Assembly: GCA_016195965.1 (NCBI GenBank)
Contig: JACPYR010000027.1
Location: 513-64,512, forward strand
Length of the DNA: 64,000 nt
Direction: 5' to 3'
Source: Nitrosomonadales bacterium
GTDB lineage: Bacteria; Pseudomonadota; Gammaproteobacteria; Burkholderiales; Gallionellaceae
Part shown: in pieces, positions 6,720 through 16,160 of the stretch
How positions within the stretch are numbered: position 1 is the stretch's first letter
Layout of the letters: each line of letters starts with the position of its first letter
Translations under genes and position numbers: made by a program
Notes under the pieces: model-generated
The model's database searches: none
Told to the model about the DNA's origin: nothing
Seen by the model: the letters and a program-made list of their open reading frames with translations, nothing else

Positions 6720-9574
6720 TGAAGACCGACCAATTTGTAAATCGCCACAACGGCCCGAACGAGCAAGATGTGCAGGCCATGCTGCACAAAATCAATGCGC
6801 CTACGCTGGACGCGCTGATAGACCAGACCGTACCTGCCACGATACGCCTGAAGCAGCCGCTTAACCTGCCGGAGGGCATCAGCGAATATGCCTACCATAA
6901 GCATTTGCGCGGCATCGCGGCAAAGAACAAATTATTCAAGAGCTACATCGGCCTGGGTTATTACGGCACGATCCTGCCGCCGGTTATCCAGCGCAACATA
7001 CTGGAGAATCCGGGCTGGTACACCGCCTACACGCCCTATCAGGCCGAGATTGCGCAGGGCCGCCTGGAGGCGCTGCTGAACTTCCAGACGATGGTGATCG
7101 ATCTGACCGGCATGGAGATCGCCAACGCCTCGTTGCTCGACGAGGCGACCGCCGCCGCCGAGGCGATGACCATGTTGCACGGATTGCGTAGCCGCGAAGC
7201 GGTTGAGCAGGGCCGGGACAGCTTCTTCGTTTCGCACGAATGCTACCCGCAGACCATAGAATTGCTGAAGACCCGCGCCACCCCGCTGGGTATCAAGCTG
7301 GTGATAGGCGACTTCAAGACCGTCACGTTGAACGACACGATGTATGGCGCGTTGCTGCAATATCCGGCAGCCGATGGCGCGGTGCACGACTACGCCGATT
7401 TCGTCGCGCGCGCCAAGGCCAGCGGCATGACGATCGCGGTCGCTGCCGACATCCTCAGCCTGGTGTTGCTGACGCCGCCGGGCGAATGGGGCGCGGATGT
7501 CGTGGTCGGCTCGACGCAGCGCTTCGGCGTGCCCATGGGCTACGGCGGCCCTCACGCGGCGTACTTTGCGTGCCGCGATGCGCACAAGAGATCGATGCCG
7601 GGGCGCATCATCGGCGTGTCGGTCGATGCGGACGGCAATCCGGCGTTGCGCATGGCATTGCAGACGCGCGAGCAGCATATTCGCCGCGAGAAGGCGACCT
7701 CCAACATCTGTACCGCGCAGGCGCTGCTGGCGATCATGGCCAGCATGTATGCGGTCTATCACGGCGCGGAAGGTCTGCGCGGCATAGCCTTGCAGGTGCA
7801 CCAAAGCGCTGTCGCGCTGTCGAGCGAATTGAAGAAGCTGGGCTATGCGGTTGCCGAAGAAGCGTTCTTCGATACGCTCAAGCTCACCCATACCGACAAT
7901 GTGAAGATACATGCGCTGAGTGATGCCGCGCAGATCAATTTCCGCTACACCGATGAAGGTCTGACGATTTCGCTGGATCAGACCACCGATGCCGATGCGC
8001 TGAATGCGATATTGCGCGTGTTGGCCCAGGCGGCAGGCAAAACCGCACCGGTCATAGCACAAGTGCAGATCGATGCGCAGGCGCCGCGAGTGAAGCTGCG
8101 TCAATCGGCGATCCTGAGCCATGCGGTGTTCAATATCTATCACTCCGAGACCGAGATGATGCGCTACATCAAGCGGCTGGAGAACAAGGATCTGTCGCTG
8201 ACACACTCGATGATTTCGCTGGGATCGTGCACGATGAAGCTGAACGCGGCATCCGAGATGCTCGCGCTGACCTGGCCGGAATTTGCCAACCTGCATCCCT
8301 TCGTGCCGCTGGAACAGGCCGAAGGTTATCAGCAGATCATCGCCGCACTGGATGCCGACCTGTCCGAGATCACCGGCTTTGCGAAGATGAGCTTCCAGCC
8401 CAACAGTGGCGCGCAGGGCGAATATGCCGGTCTGCTGGTGATCCAGGCCTATCACCGTTCGCGCGGCGAAGCGCAGCGCAATGTGGCCTTGATCCCCTCT
8501 TCGGCGCACGGCACCAATCCCGCGAGCGCGGCGATGTGCGGCATGCATATCGTGGTGGTGAAATGCGACAAGAACGGCAACATCGACATCGACGATCTGC
8601 GCGCGAAAGCCGAGGAGCACAAAGCGGATTTGTCCTGCCTGATGGTGACCTACCCCAGCACGCACGGTGTGTATGAGGAGGGCATCAAGGACATCACCGG
8701 CATCATCCACGACAACGGCGGCCAGGTTTACATGGACGGCGCGAACATGAATGCGCAGGTCGGCCTGACCAGCCCCGGCAACATCGGCGCAGACGTGTGC
8801 CACCTGAATCTGCACAAGACCTTCGCGATTCCGCACGGCGGCGGCGGGCCGGGCATGGGCCCGATAGGCGTCGCGGCGCATCTGGCTCCGTTCCTGCCCA
8901 AGCATCCGGTGGTCAAGACCGGCGGCGCGCAGGGCATCCACGCGGTGTCCGCCGCGCCTTACGGCAGCGCGCTGATCCTGCTGATCTCCTACGGCTACAT
9001 CAAAATGATGGGCGGTACCGGGCTGCGTGATGCGACGCGCCTCGCGATACTCAACGCGAACTACATCAAGGAATCGCTGAAGGACCACTACGCCACGCTG
9101 TATAGCGGCAAGAATGGACGCTGCGCGCACGAGATGATCCTGGCCTGTGCCGACTTCAAGCGCGACGCAGGCATCGAGGTGGCAGACATCGCCAAGCGCC
9201 TGATGGACTATGGCTTCCACGCGCCGACCACCTCCTTCCCGGTGGTGGATACGCTGATGGTCGAACCGACCGAGAGCGAGTCCAAGGCGGAGCTGGATCG
9301 TTTCGTCGATGCGATGATTTCGATACGCAAGGAAATAGACGAGGTCATCGCGGGCCGCGCGGACAAGAAAGACAATGTCCTCAAGCGTGCGCCGCACACC
9401 GCCAAGTCGGTTTGTGCCAACGACTGGCAGCGGCCCTATACGCGCGAGCAGGCCGCCTACCCGCTGTCCTGGGTGCGCGACAACAAGTTCTGGCCCAGCG
9501 TCGCGCGCGTGGACAACGTATACGGCGACAAGCACCTGATCTGCTCCTGCCCCCCGATCGAGTCGTATACTTGA
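6719..9574 (+). CDS. gcvP: Glycine dehydrogenase (decarboxylating), single-chain P protein
   Basis: [55 protein letters not shown] (PLP Lys). Start taken at ATG 6719 because the TTG extension is repeat-derived. Confidence 0.97.
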   Translation: MKTDQFVNRHNGPNEQDVQAMLHKINAPTLDALIDQTVPATIRLKQPLNLPEGISEYAYHKHLRGIAAKNKLFKSYIGLGYYGTILPPVIQRNILENPGWYTAYTPYQAEIAQGRLEALLNFQTMVIDLTGMEIANASLLDEATAAAEAMTMLHGLRSREAVEQGRDSFFVSHECYPQTIELLKTRATPLGIKLVIGDFKTVTLNDTMYGALLQYPAADGAVHDYADFVARAKASGMTIAVAADILSLVLLTPPGEWGADVVVGSTQRFGVPMGYGGPHAAYFACRDAHKRSMPGRIIGVSVDADGNPALRMALQTREQHIRREKATSNICTAQALLAIMASMYAVYHGAEGLRGIALQVHQSAVALSSELKKLGYAVAEEAFFDTLKLTHTDNVKIHALSDAAQINFRYTDEGLTISLDQTTDADALNAILRVLAQAAGKTAPVIAQVQIDAQAPRVKLRQSAILSHAVFNIYHSETEMMRYIKRLENKDLSLTHSMISLGSCTMKLNAASEMLALTWPEFANLHPFVPLEQAEGYQQIIAALDADLSEITGFAKMSFQPNSGAQGEYAGLLVIQAYHRSRGEAQRNVALIPSSAHGTNPASAAMCGMHIVVVKCDKNGNIDIDDLRAKAEEHKADLSCLMVTYPSTHGVYEEGIKDITGIIHDNGGQVYMDGANMNAQVGLTSPGNIGADVCHLNLHKTFAIPHGGGGPGMGPIGVAAHLAPFLPKHPVVKTGGAQGIHAVSAAPYGSALILLISYGYIKMMGGTGLRDATRLAILNANYIKESLKDHYATLYSGKNGRCAHEMILACADFKRDAGIEVADIAKRLMDYGFHAPTTSFPVVDTLMVEPTESESKAELDRFVDAMISIRKEIDEVIAGRADKKDNVLKRAPHTAKSVCANDWQRPYTREQAAYPLSWVRDNKFWPSVARVDNVYGDKHLICSCPPIESYT

Positions 9575-9663
9575 CCAGTCGCAGTGAGAGGACAGCAAGC
9601 CCTTCTCCCGCTGGTGGACGGGGCGGGGGAGTCCGCTAATTATCGTAACCAATAATTGGCATT

Positions 9664-9685
9664 GTGGGAGCGGCTTCAGCCGCGA
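9664..9685 (+). repeat. Single REP-like element (GTRG class)
   Basis: GTGG-GA-GCGGCT-TC-AGCCGC-GA palindrome. Confidence 0.55.
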
Positions 9686-9723
9686 CGAAACCAGCGGCAG
9701 TTTTCTGCAGCGGAGGAATCAAA

Positions 9724-10110
9724 GTGGATGACCGCGAATTGAAAAACTCTCACAAGCAACCGCGCGGCCTGGCTCATGCCTGGCATGCGACCGGCCTGGC
9801 GCTGCAAGGCCTGCGCGCCGCGTGGCAGCACGAAGAAGCCTTCCGCCAGGAGGTGCTGGTCGCGGCTATCGCGATCCCCGTCGCGCTGCTGCTGCCCGTC
9901 GCGCTGTTCGGCAAGGTGCTGATGGTCGCCAGCATCCTGCTGGTGCTGATCGTCGAGCTGCTGAACTCTGCAATTGAAGCGGCGGTAGACTACACCTCGC
10001 TGGAATACCATCCGCTCGCCAAGCGCGCTAAGGACATCGCCAGCGCAGCGGTGCTGTTGAGCATCGTCAACGCCGTGGTGGTGTGGGGGATGGTTGTTCT
10101 GAATAGTTAA
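9724..10110 (+). CDS. dgkA: Diacylglycerol kinase
   Basis: AWQHEEAFRQE, VELLNSAIEAAVD, AKRAKDIASAAV; GTG start after RBS GGAGG (9712-9716). Confidence 0.93.
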   Translation: MDDRELKNSHKQPRGLAHAWHATGLALQGLRAAWQHEEAFRQEVLVAAIAIPVALLLPVALFGKVLMVASILLVLIVELLNSAIEAAVDYTSLEYHPLAKRAKDIASAAVLLSIVNAVVVWGMVVLNS

Positions 10111-10804
10111 CAGCAGGCTTAATAACAGCATAGGGGCAGTTCTCATCCCACTCGTGCCGAAGATGATCGGGCAATAATATTACGAGGTTATCTTTTCGCA
10201 ATTCACTAATCGCTCGGTTAATTTGGTTCATTTGATAACCGTTATGCAGGGCGTTATAGGTATGCATAAGTATTAAGCTCTCATCCATGTACTCCAGTAG
10301 TTCGTCGTAGCGCCTTTTGTACTTTTCTTGAGAATGGAAGTTTCCCGAATAAAGTACAACGTCGATTAGTTGCTTCTTCGTTTTTATAGGGCCAAAGTAA
10401 TCTCCATGCAGGACCGCGTCGTGGCCTAAGCATTCTTCCCAGCTTTCACGCATATGCCTAAAGAACATTTGCACATTTATATGGCCAATGTTTTTTTCCA
10501 TATATGTACACAGGGAATGAATGCTCATACTCTCGCTTTTCATGTAGAAAAGTCGCATCCTCCCCACCAGCCATAAGATATCTGAACTTGATACAGGGTT
10601 TCCAGTGCATATCCACCTATTTTTCACTAGGTGCGCACTTATACATGAAAATATTTGTCCTTTGAGTTGAAGGCGATGTGAATGGTTAATGAATTCATCT
10701 TTGACAAACCAGAACCTTTCAATTGATTTGCCTTTGTCGTTTACGAACCTTGGAAACGAAGTTCCAGAAATATCTATGTGGGTCTGTTTATCAGTCAAAT
10801 TCAC
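10067..10804 (-). CDS. Hypothetical protein, AT-rich orphan
   Basis: 245-aa ORF visibly more AT-rich than its flanks; no recognised motif. Confidence 0.7.
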   Translation of the reverse strand: MNLTDKQTHIDISGTSFPRFVNDKGKSIERFWFVKDEFINHSHRLQLKGQIFSCISAHLVKNRWICTGNPVSSSDILWLVGRMRLFYMKSESMSIHSLCTYMEKNIGHINVQMFFRHMRESWEECLGHDAVLHGDYFGPIKTKKQLIDVVLYSGNFHSQEKYKRRYDELLEYMDESLILMHTYNALHNGYQMNQINRAISELRKDNLVILLPDHLRHEWDENCPYAVIKPAVNYSEQPSPTPPRR

Positions 10805-10888
10805 GATAAATTTGTTGAAGTAAGAATAAGAACAGAATAGTTACGTTGAGAAGTTCACCGTTATAAGGGCTGTGGAATGAATTCAATG

Positions 10889-10967
10889 TCATGCTTTTTG
10901 ATTGTGCGGTACGGGGTCGTATTTAAGATCAGCCATTTTATATCTCCTTCATCCGCTTGCGCGCAAG
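10889..10967 (-). pseudogene. Relic junction of a Gp49/RelE-like toxin C-terminus and an HTH antitoxin N-terminus
   Basis: Minus strand reads LARKRMKEI*, then RBS AAGGAG and MADLKYDPVPHNQKA*. Confidence 0.5.
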
Positions 10968-11054
10968 CAAATGCAAACATTAGGCGGATGCTGGAAGGTT
11001 AGCGAATATGCTAACTGTGGTCAATGTTCGGTTGGGCGGCTGCAATAGCAGCCC

Positions 11055-11084
11055 TTGACTAAATATACGCTACTTGCGTATGAT
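11055..11084 (+). promoter_or_regulatory. TA promoter with an embedded palindromic operator
   Basis: TTGACT, 18 nt, TATGAT; inverted repeat ATACGC-tactt-GCGTAT at 11065-11081. Confidence 0.7.
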
Positions 11085-11091
11085 TAAAATC

Positions 11092-11436
11092 ATGAAAGCC
11101 ACCTTCATTGAGTTGCCGCCATTTGAGCGTCATCGGCAAAGTTACCTGAACGACGAGGATTATCGCGAGTTCCAGCAGATGCTGATGAAGAACCCTGAGG
11201 CTGGCGATGTGATCGAAGGCACGGGCGGATTACGCAAAGTGCGTTATGCCGATCCAAAGCGCGGCAAAGGTAAGCGTGGCGGACTGCGCATGATTTATTA
11301 CTGGTGGTTGTCCGGCAAACAATTCTGGCTGTTCACCGTGTACAACAAAGACGAGATGGATGACCTGACCGCCGCGCAGCGAAAGATTTTGAAGGAACTT
11401 CTCAAACAGGAATTGAACGCAAGGAGAATCAAATGA
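11092..11436 (+). CDS. RelE/HigB-family type II toxin
   Basis: NPEAGDVIEGTGGLRKVR..GKGKRGGLRMIYY..FTVYNKDEMDDL; toxin-first order. Confidence 0.9.
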   Translation: MKATFIELPPFERHRQSYLNDEDYREFQQMLMKNPEAGDVIEGTGGLRKVRYADPKRGKGKRGGLRMIYYWWLSGKQFWLFTVYNKDEMDDLTAAQRKILKELLKQELNARRIK

Positions 11437-11744
11437 AACGCAATTTGTTCAATGAACTGAAAGAGGGATACACCGCGCTCGAATCCGCCCGCGAGGGCAA
11501 GATCACCTTGCGCCAGCATGTGGTTGAAAAGAAACCTGCACCCACGATCACCCCGGAAGAGCTGCTCCGTTTGAGGGAGAAGCTGCACTTGTCGCGGACT
11601 GTGTTCGCCAGATATCTGCGCACTAACGAACGCACTCTGGAAAACTGGGAACAAGGCCGAGCCAGTCCGAATGCTCAGGCTGCGATTTTGATTCGCATGG
11701 TTGAGCGATACCCGGATACGGTGGATCGCCTGTCCACGATCTGA
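11433..11744 (+). CDS. XRE/HigA-like HTH antitoxin
   Basis: LREKLHLSRTVFARYL..NERTLENWEQGR..P; ATGA overlap with the toxin. Confidence 0.9.
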   Translation: MKRNLFNELKEGYTALESAREGKITLRQHVVEKKPAPTITPEELLRLREKLHLSRTVFARYLRTNERTLENWEQGRASPNAQAAILIRMVERYPDTVDRLSTI

Positions 11745-11767
11745 CTAGACAATAGAATAAGTCCTGT

Positions 11768-12532
11768 TTATTGCCAGTTGATCTCCTGCGCGGTCTTAGT
11801 GCCGATCAGCGCGTCGTCCAGGCTTGCAGGCGTGACGGCTTCGGTCTGCGACAGCGGCGTGCGGCCCGCCATGATTTCGGCGAAACGTTGCGGCAGCAGC
11901 GGTATGAGGTCGGGATCGGCGTAGCCTTCCGGGAACAGCGGCAGGTTGGTCGCGGGATCGTATTTGTCGGTCGCGCCCAGCGTGTGCAGGAATTCGTGGG
12001 CGATGATCACGTTGTTCTGCTTGGTCATGTCGCGCGAAGCGAACACATTGACCCGTCCGAGCAGGCCTTTCTGCAAGCCGGTGGAATGCGCCAGATGCTT
12101 GTTTTGTGCCGGATCAAAATACAGCAGGAACATTTTCACCTGCGGGCCGGGCCCGGCTGGATCGACGTTGCGGTAAGCCCACCAGCGCATCTGCAAACTC
12201 CACGCGATCGCTTCCAACGCGCTGCCGTTGCGCGGCGGTTCGGGCGGCAGCGCCTCAATCTTTCCGCCCAGCCGTATCACGATAGTTGCGCGGTCGGAAC
12301 GGCCATAACGCGCTGCTTCATCGCCCATGAATTTTGCTATCGGTTTGAAGTCCTCGATAGTCAGGCTGCGCAGATAATCCGCCGCTACCGCGCTGCCGTC
12401 GCCATTGATCGGGTAGATGTTGACCGGCAGCGCGTGCTTCCATTCGACCGCATGAGTCTTGCTGCGCCAGGCACCCAGCGCAACAGCGGCCAGCACGAAC
12501 AGCAGCAAGAGGATGCGCAGGGCCTTGAACAT
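11768..12532 (-). CDS. Exported hypothetical protein with a zinc-metalloprotease-like HExxH motif
   Basis: N-terminal hydrophobic anchor; IAHEFLHTLGATDKY. Confidence 0.7.
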   Translation of the reverse strand: MFKALRILLLLFVLAAVALGAWRSKTHAVEWKHALPVNIYPINGDGSAVAADYLRSLTIEDFKPIAKFMGDEAARYGRSDRATIVIRLGGKIEALPPEPPRNGSALEAIAWSLQMRWWAYRNVDPAGPGPQVKMFLLYFDPAQNKHLAHSTGLQKGLLGRVNVFASRDMTKQNNVIIAHEFLHTLGATDKYDPATNLPLFPEGYADPDLIPLLPQRFAEIMAGRTPLSQTEAVTPASLDDALIGTKTAQEINWQ

Positions 12533-12536
12533 GAGC

Positions 12537-13142
12537 TTATCCCGGCGTTTGCGGGCGGCGGGATTTTCCCTGGCGCCGCAGCGATTTCACCGAGTGCTTC
12601 GCGAGCGCTGCCAGCGCATAGACAGACACGAACGGGTCGAGCAGGTAATCCCACAGGTTGGCGGACTCATACCAGCCGACCGCCCAGGCGAGCATGGCCA
12701 GCGCGATACACAGCGCGATCAGCGTGTGGCTCCAGAACCACGCATACAGCGCAACAAACAGCAGCGTCGCGAGCAACGGCAGCTCGCCGTAGCCCAGGCG
12801 ATAGGGATCGAACATGCCTATCCCCAGCGCCAGCGGATACAGGAACAGCGCTGCTGCTGCGATCAGCAGCAACGGCGCGAACCGATGGCCCGCTTGAAAT
12901 GCGGGCGGCCTGAACAGCGCGACCCATACCAGCACCAGCGTGGTGATGCTCAAGTCGCCTGTCGCGCCGCGCACGTAGCCTGCAAGCGATATGTCACCGA
13001 ACGGGATCAGCATCAACAACAGCGTCGATACGAACAGGGTAGTGCGACGGGATTTGGAGAGCTTCGCCGCAGGGCCGGGCAGCAGGCCAGCTGTCGCGCT
13101 GGCCACGCCAAGCAATCCGGTGATGTCAGTGAGGTGCACCAT
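12537..13142 (-). CDS. Multi-pass membrane protein of unknown function
   Basis: About six hydrophobic segments; GDLSITT, FDPYRLGY and ESANLWDYLLDP motifs. Confidence 0.8.
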   Translation of the reverse strand: MVHLTDITGLLGVASATAGLLPGPAAKLSKSRRTTLFVSTLLLMLIPFGDISLAGYVRGATGDLSITTLVLVWVALFRPPAFQAGHRFAPLLLIAAAALFLYPLALGIGMFDPYRLGYGELPLLATLLFVALYAWFWSHTLIALCIALAMLAWAVGWYESANLWDYLLDPFVSVYALAALAKHSVKSLRRQGKSRRPQTPG

Positions 13143-14439
13143 CGGTTGCCTTTGCTATTTGCTGGTCCAGCCACGCGCGCGTGAACTGAACGTGTTTGAT
13201 GAAGCTGCGGTTCCAGGTATAAACGAGATGGACATCGCCGCTGCGCGTCTGGATCAGATAGGGATAGGAAAACTCGAACGCGCATTGCTGAGCTGCGCAT
13301 TTATGACTTTGTGCCGATAACGCATAGGGCATCGCGTCGGCGATGCCGGAATCGCTGGCCAAGGCCTGCTCGGCGGCGGTTTTCACAAAGCGCGCAGGAT
13401 CGGAAGAAGAACCGCGCTGATCTTCCAGCTGCAAGATCGTTTTCCAGCTCGCACCGCGATCGGTCGATAGCACTAGCGACAACGCATCGCGGCCCTGTTC
13501 GATGTCGTTCAGCACCGCCAGCATCGGTCCGCCCGGCAATGATGTTCCGGTCAGCGCCGCATCCGGGTTGGCCAGCACAGTTTGTCCCGGCGTGCTCCAG
13601 TGCTGCCCGGCATCATCGGTTGATGTGGCGATCACCCGTTTGGAACCCGCGCCGGAATAACGCATCAGCGCGAGCGCATGTTGCGGGCTGTCGATCAGCA
13701 GCACGGGTTGCAGCGTGGTATTGCCGGAGCTGAGCCGCCGCTTGTCGAGGATGTTGCCGTCGCCATCGATGCGCAGCAACTCGCCGAATTTGCCTATGAA
13801 CTCGTGATAGACCGGCAGTCCCAGCGTGCCATCGCCGTACAAAAACGGCGTGCCTTTGACCAGCGTGCTGATGTTCAGGAACGGCGAGGTGACCAGTCGT
13901 CGCGGCTTGCTCCAGGTTGTGCCATTGTCATTGGAGGTCATCGTGGTGAGCGAACTGCCCGCCCAGCCGCCAACAGACACCGTCACATAGAACAAGCGCA
14001 GCGTGCCGTCGGGCATGCGCTGTGCGACCGGATTGCCGAGCTTCTTTACGTAGCGCTGCAACTCATGCTGCGTGCCGGCACGGTTGGCGATGCTGTGTTC
14101 CGGGCTCCACTGGTTTTTAACCGGGTCGAACACTGCCGTGCGTATTTCCACGTCTTCCGCGCCTTCGCGGCTGCCGGCGAACCAGAACGCGCGTATGCGT
14201 CCGTCGCCCAGCTCGACCAGCGAGGCGGCATGGGTGTGGATGTTCTGCCGGCTGGATACGAAGTGGCTACGCGGGTCTGGCGTCTGCGGGACTGTCTGTT
14301 GCGCGATGACCGGCATCTGGAAAGAGGCTGCCGCCGGACGCTGCGCTGCCTTGTAGAAGGCCGCGCCGAACGCGGCAGCGACCAGCGCCAGCAGTAGCGC
14401 GCGATGAAGACTTCTGTTGTGATGAGTGAACTTGTTCAT
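13126..14439 (-). CDS. BNR/Asp-box sialidase-fold protein, membrane-anchored or periplasmic
   Basis: HAASLVEL, FWFAGSREG; Asp boxes SNDNGTTW, TDDAGQHW, STDRGASW; C-terminal FSYPYLIQ. Start ATG 14439. Confidence 0.85.
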   Translation of the reverse strand: MNKFTHHNRSLHRALLLALVAAAFGAAFYKAAQRPAAASFQMPVIAQQTVPQTPDPRSHFVSSRQNIHTHAASLVELGDGRIRAFWFAGSREGAEDVEIRTAVFDPVKNQWSPEHSIANRAGTQHELQRYVKKLGNPVAQRMPDGTLRLFYVTVSVGGWAGSSLTTMTSNDNGTTWSKPRRLVTSPFLNISTLVKGTPFLYGDGTLGLPVYHEFIGKFGELLRIDGDGNILDKRRLSSGNTTLQPVLLIDSPQHALALMRYSGAGSKRVIATSTDDAGQHWSTPGQTVLANPDAALTGTSLPGGPMLAVLNDIEQGRDALSLVLSTDRGASWKTILQLEDQRGSSSDPARFVKTAAEQALASDSGIADAMPYALSAQSHKCAAQQCAFEFSYPYLIQTRSGDVHLVYTWNRSFIKHVQFTRAWLDQQIAKATDGAPH

Positions 14440-16160
14440 CAGCGGCACATCTGGGCGGGAGTTTGCGCGGGGATAACAAGATTGCCGGCGGTCGATTCCA
14501 TTAGCACCTCTTTGACAAACAGATGCTGGAATACACGGCCTTCGAAAAACATTTCCTTCAGTTCCGCCGAGCTTTGTCGCCCGCGTATGTCCAGGCGCTG
14601 GCCTAAGGGCTTGCACGCAGCGCATCCGCCTGTGCTGTCATTCAGCGCCATCCGCACCGCGAACAACGGGAAGCGCGCCGCCAGTTCGTTTGCGGTAAGA
14701 TTCTGATCCTCGCTGTAGCCGTGTACCGCAGCGCCCGGCAGCAAAAAGCGATGTCCTTCATCGACTGCCCGGAAATTGCACGGCACCCACACATCCTTGC
14801 CCTGCGCGTGCCGTATCGAATCGGCGCCGTAGTTGCCCAACGCGCCATCGAACGGGCGCAGGAAGGCGGCCAGGCACAGCAGCACCAACAGCGCGACGAC
14901 ATTGCTGCCATCTCGGGTGAAGCCGGGTACTGCGATAGCCAGCAGCGTCAATACTCCGGTGCCTGCGATCAATAGCCAGAACAGCGGCGGATATAACGCG
15001 GTCTCGGGCAGTTCGGTTTGCAAGCGCACGGTCAGGTAGGCGATAGTCGCGATCAATGTCGCGGCAAACAACAGACTGGCGACGAAAGCCTTGCGGCTGA
15101 TGTGCTGCCAGTTGAGTGCACACAACAAGGCTATTGCGGGCATCGCCGCCAGCATGTAGCGGCCCGAGCGCTGGCTGGGCAACGCGAAGCTGAGGAACAA
15201 CGCGGCGATCCAGATCCACAACAAGATTTGTTCGTCGCCCAGCTGATGGCGGCGCCTATAGGCGACAAAAAATAACGCGGCGACCGGAAAGGTCAGCAGC
15301 CCCGGATTGGTCAGGAATGCCAGCGCATAACTCCAGATGCTGGAGCCGCCCCACAGTAGGGTCTCCAGATAGCCGGGCCCATGGGGATCGAACTTGCCGA
15401 CGTTCTCGCCGACGATGAATTCTTTCCACACCGATTGCGGATCCGGATCGAGCACAAACCACAACGCGAACAGCGCGACCGCGACCGTTATGGTTATCGC
15501 CACCTTAGGCGTGTCCTGCTTGAGGAAGTCGGCTACACGATAGCGGCGCTGCTGCAGATACCAGCCGGACAGACCCAGCGCGACCGGCAGGCCCAGCGCG
15601 AACGACTTGTACAGAAAGGCGATGCCTATGCTGATGCCGAACAGCAGCGGAATAAGGAAGCGAGATTCGAAAGCCTGCCGCCAATACAGCAACACGAACA
15701 GCGGCAGGAAAAGCCAGAACACCTCCGGCGGGTTGGTCAGGAACGGGCGGCCATAGCGATAGGTGGAGAAGAACGCGAGGTAGGTCAATGCGGCAATGTA
15801 GCCGGTGTGCAGCTTGTCAGCCTTGCTGCCGGCAGAAAGCTTACAGCCCAGCATCAGCAGCATCGCCGCAGTCAGCAGCGTGTACATTACGCTGGGGTAG
15901 CGCAGGGTCCACAGGCTCCGGCTGCCGGATGCGATGCCCTGCCAGAACAGCAGCGGTGGCTTGGTGTTGCGCATGTTGTCCAGCTGCGATTGCAGCGGCA
16001 ACAGCTTGCCGCTGTCGGCGGTCAGGCGGGTGATGTGTTCATAAACATATTCGTCGCCGTTCTTCGGAATATGCTGGCCGTCCAGGCCGTAAAAATAAAC
16101 GCACACCGCCAGCAGGCAAGCCAACACATACCATGCTGTGCGCAAACGTGACCATTTCAT
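14439..16160 (-). CDS. ArnT/PMT-like GT-C lipid-carrier-dependent glycosyltransferase
   Basis: N-terminal TM then NGDE..Y, TKPPLLFW, LRYPS, YKS; many TM helices; RYMLAAMPAIALL. Confidence 0.85.
   Translation of the reverse strand: MKWSRLRTAWYVLACLLAVCVYFYGLDGQHIPKNGDEYVYEHITRLTADSGKLLPLQSQLDNMRNTKPPLLFWQGIASGSRSLWTLRYPSVMYTLLTAAMLLMLGCKLSAGSKADKLHTGYIAALTYLAFFSTYRYGRPFLTNPPEVFWLFLPLFVLLYWRQAFESRFLIPLLFGISIGIAFLYKSFALGLPVALGLSGWYLQQRRYRVADFLKQDTPKVAITITVAVALFALWFVLDPDPQSVWKEFIVGENVGKFDPHGPGYLETLLWGGSSIWSYALAFLTNPGLLTFPVAALFFVAYRRRHQLGDEQILLWIWIAALFLSFALPSQRSGRYMLAAMPAIALLCALNWQHISRKAFVASLLFAATLIATIAYLTVRLQTELPETALYPPLFWLLIAGTGVLTLLAIAVPGFTRDGSNVVALLVLLCLAAFLRPFDGALGNYGADSIRHAQGKDVWVPCNFRAVDEGHRFLLPGAAVHGYSEDQNLTANELAARFPLFAVRMALNDSTGGCAACKPLGQRLDIRGRQSSAELKEMFFEGRVFQHLFVKEVLMESTAGNLVIPAQTPAQMCR

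Noticed and set aside
6932-9652. 906-aa antisense ORF over gcvP, and similar ones such as 41290-43260 over tkt and 4895-6025 over gcvT
   Set aside because: Shadow ORFs produced by GC-rich codon bias of the real genes; no motifs or RBS.
10830-10990. Integron attC site next to the AT-rich orphan (CAAACATTAGGC and CTCAACGTAAC resemble R' ends)
   Set aside because: Neither has an intact GTTRRRY with a matching RYYYAAC and L boxes, and there is no integrase in the window.
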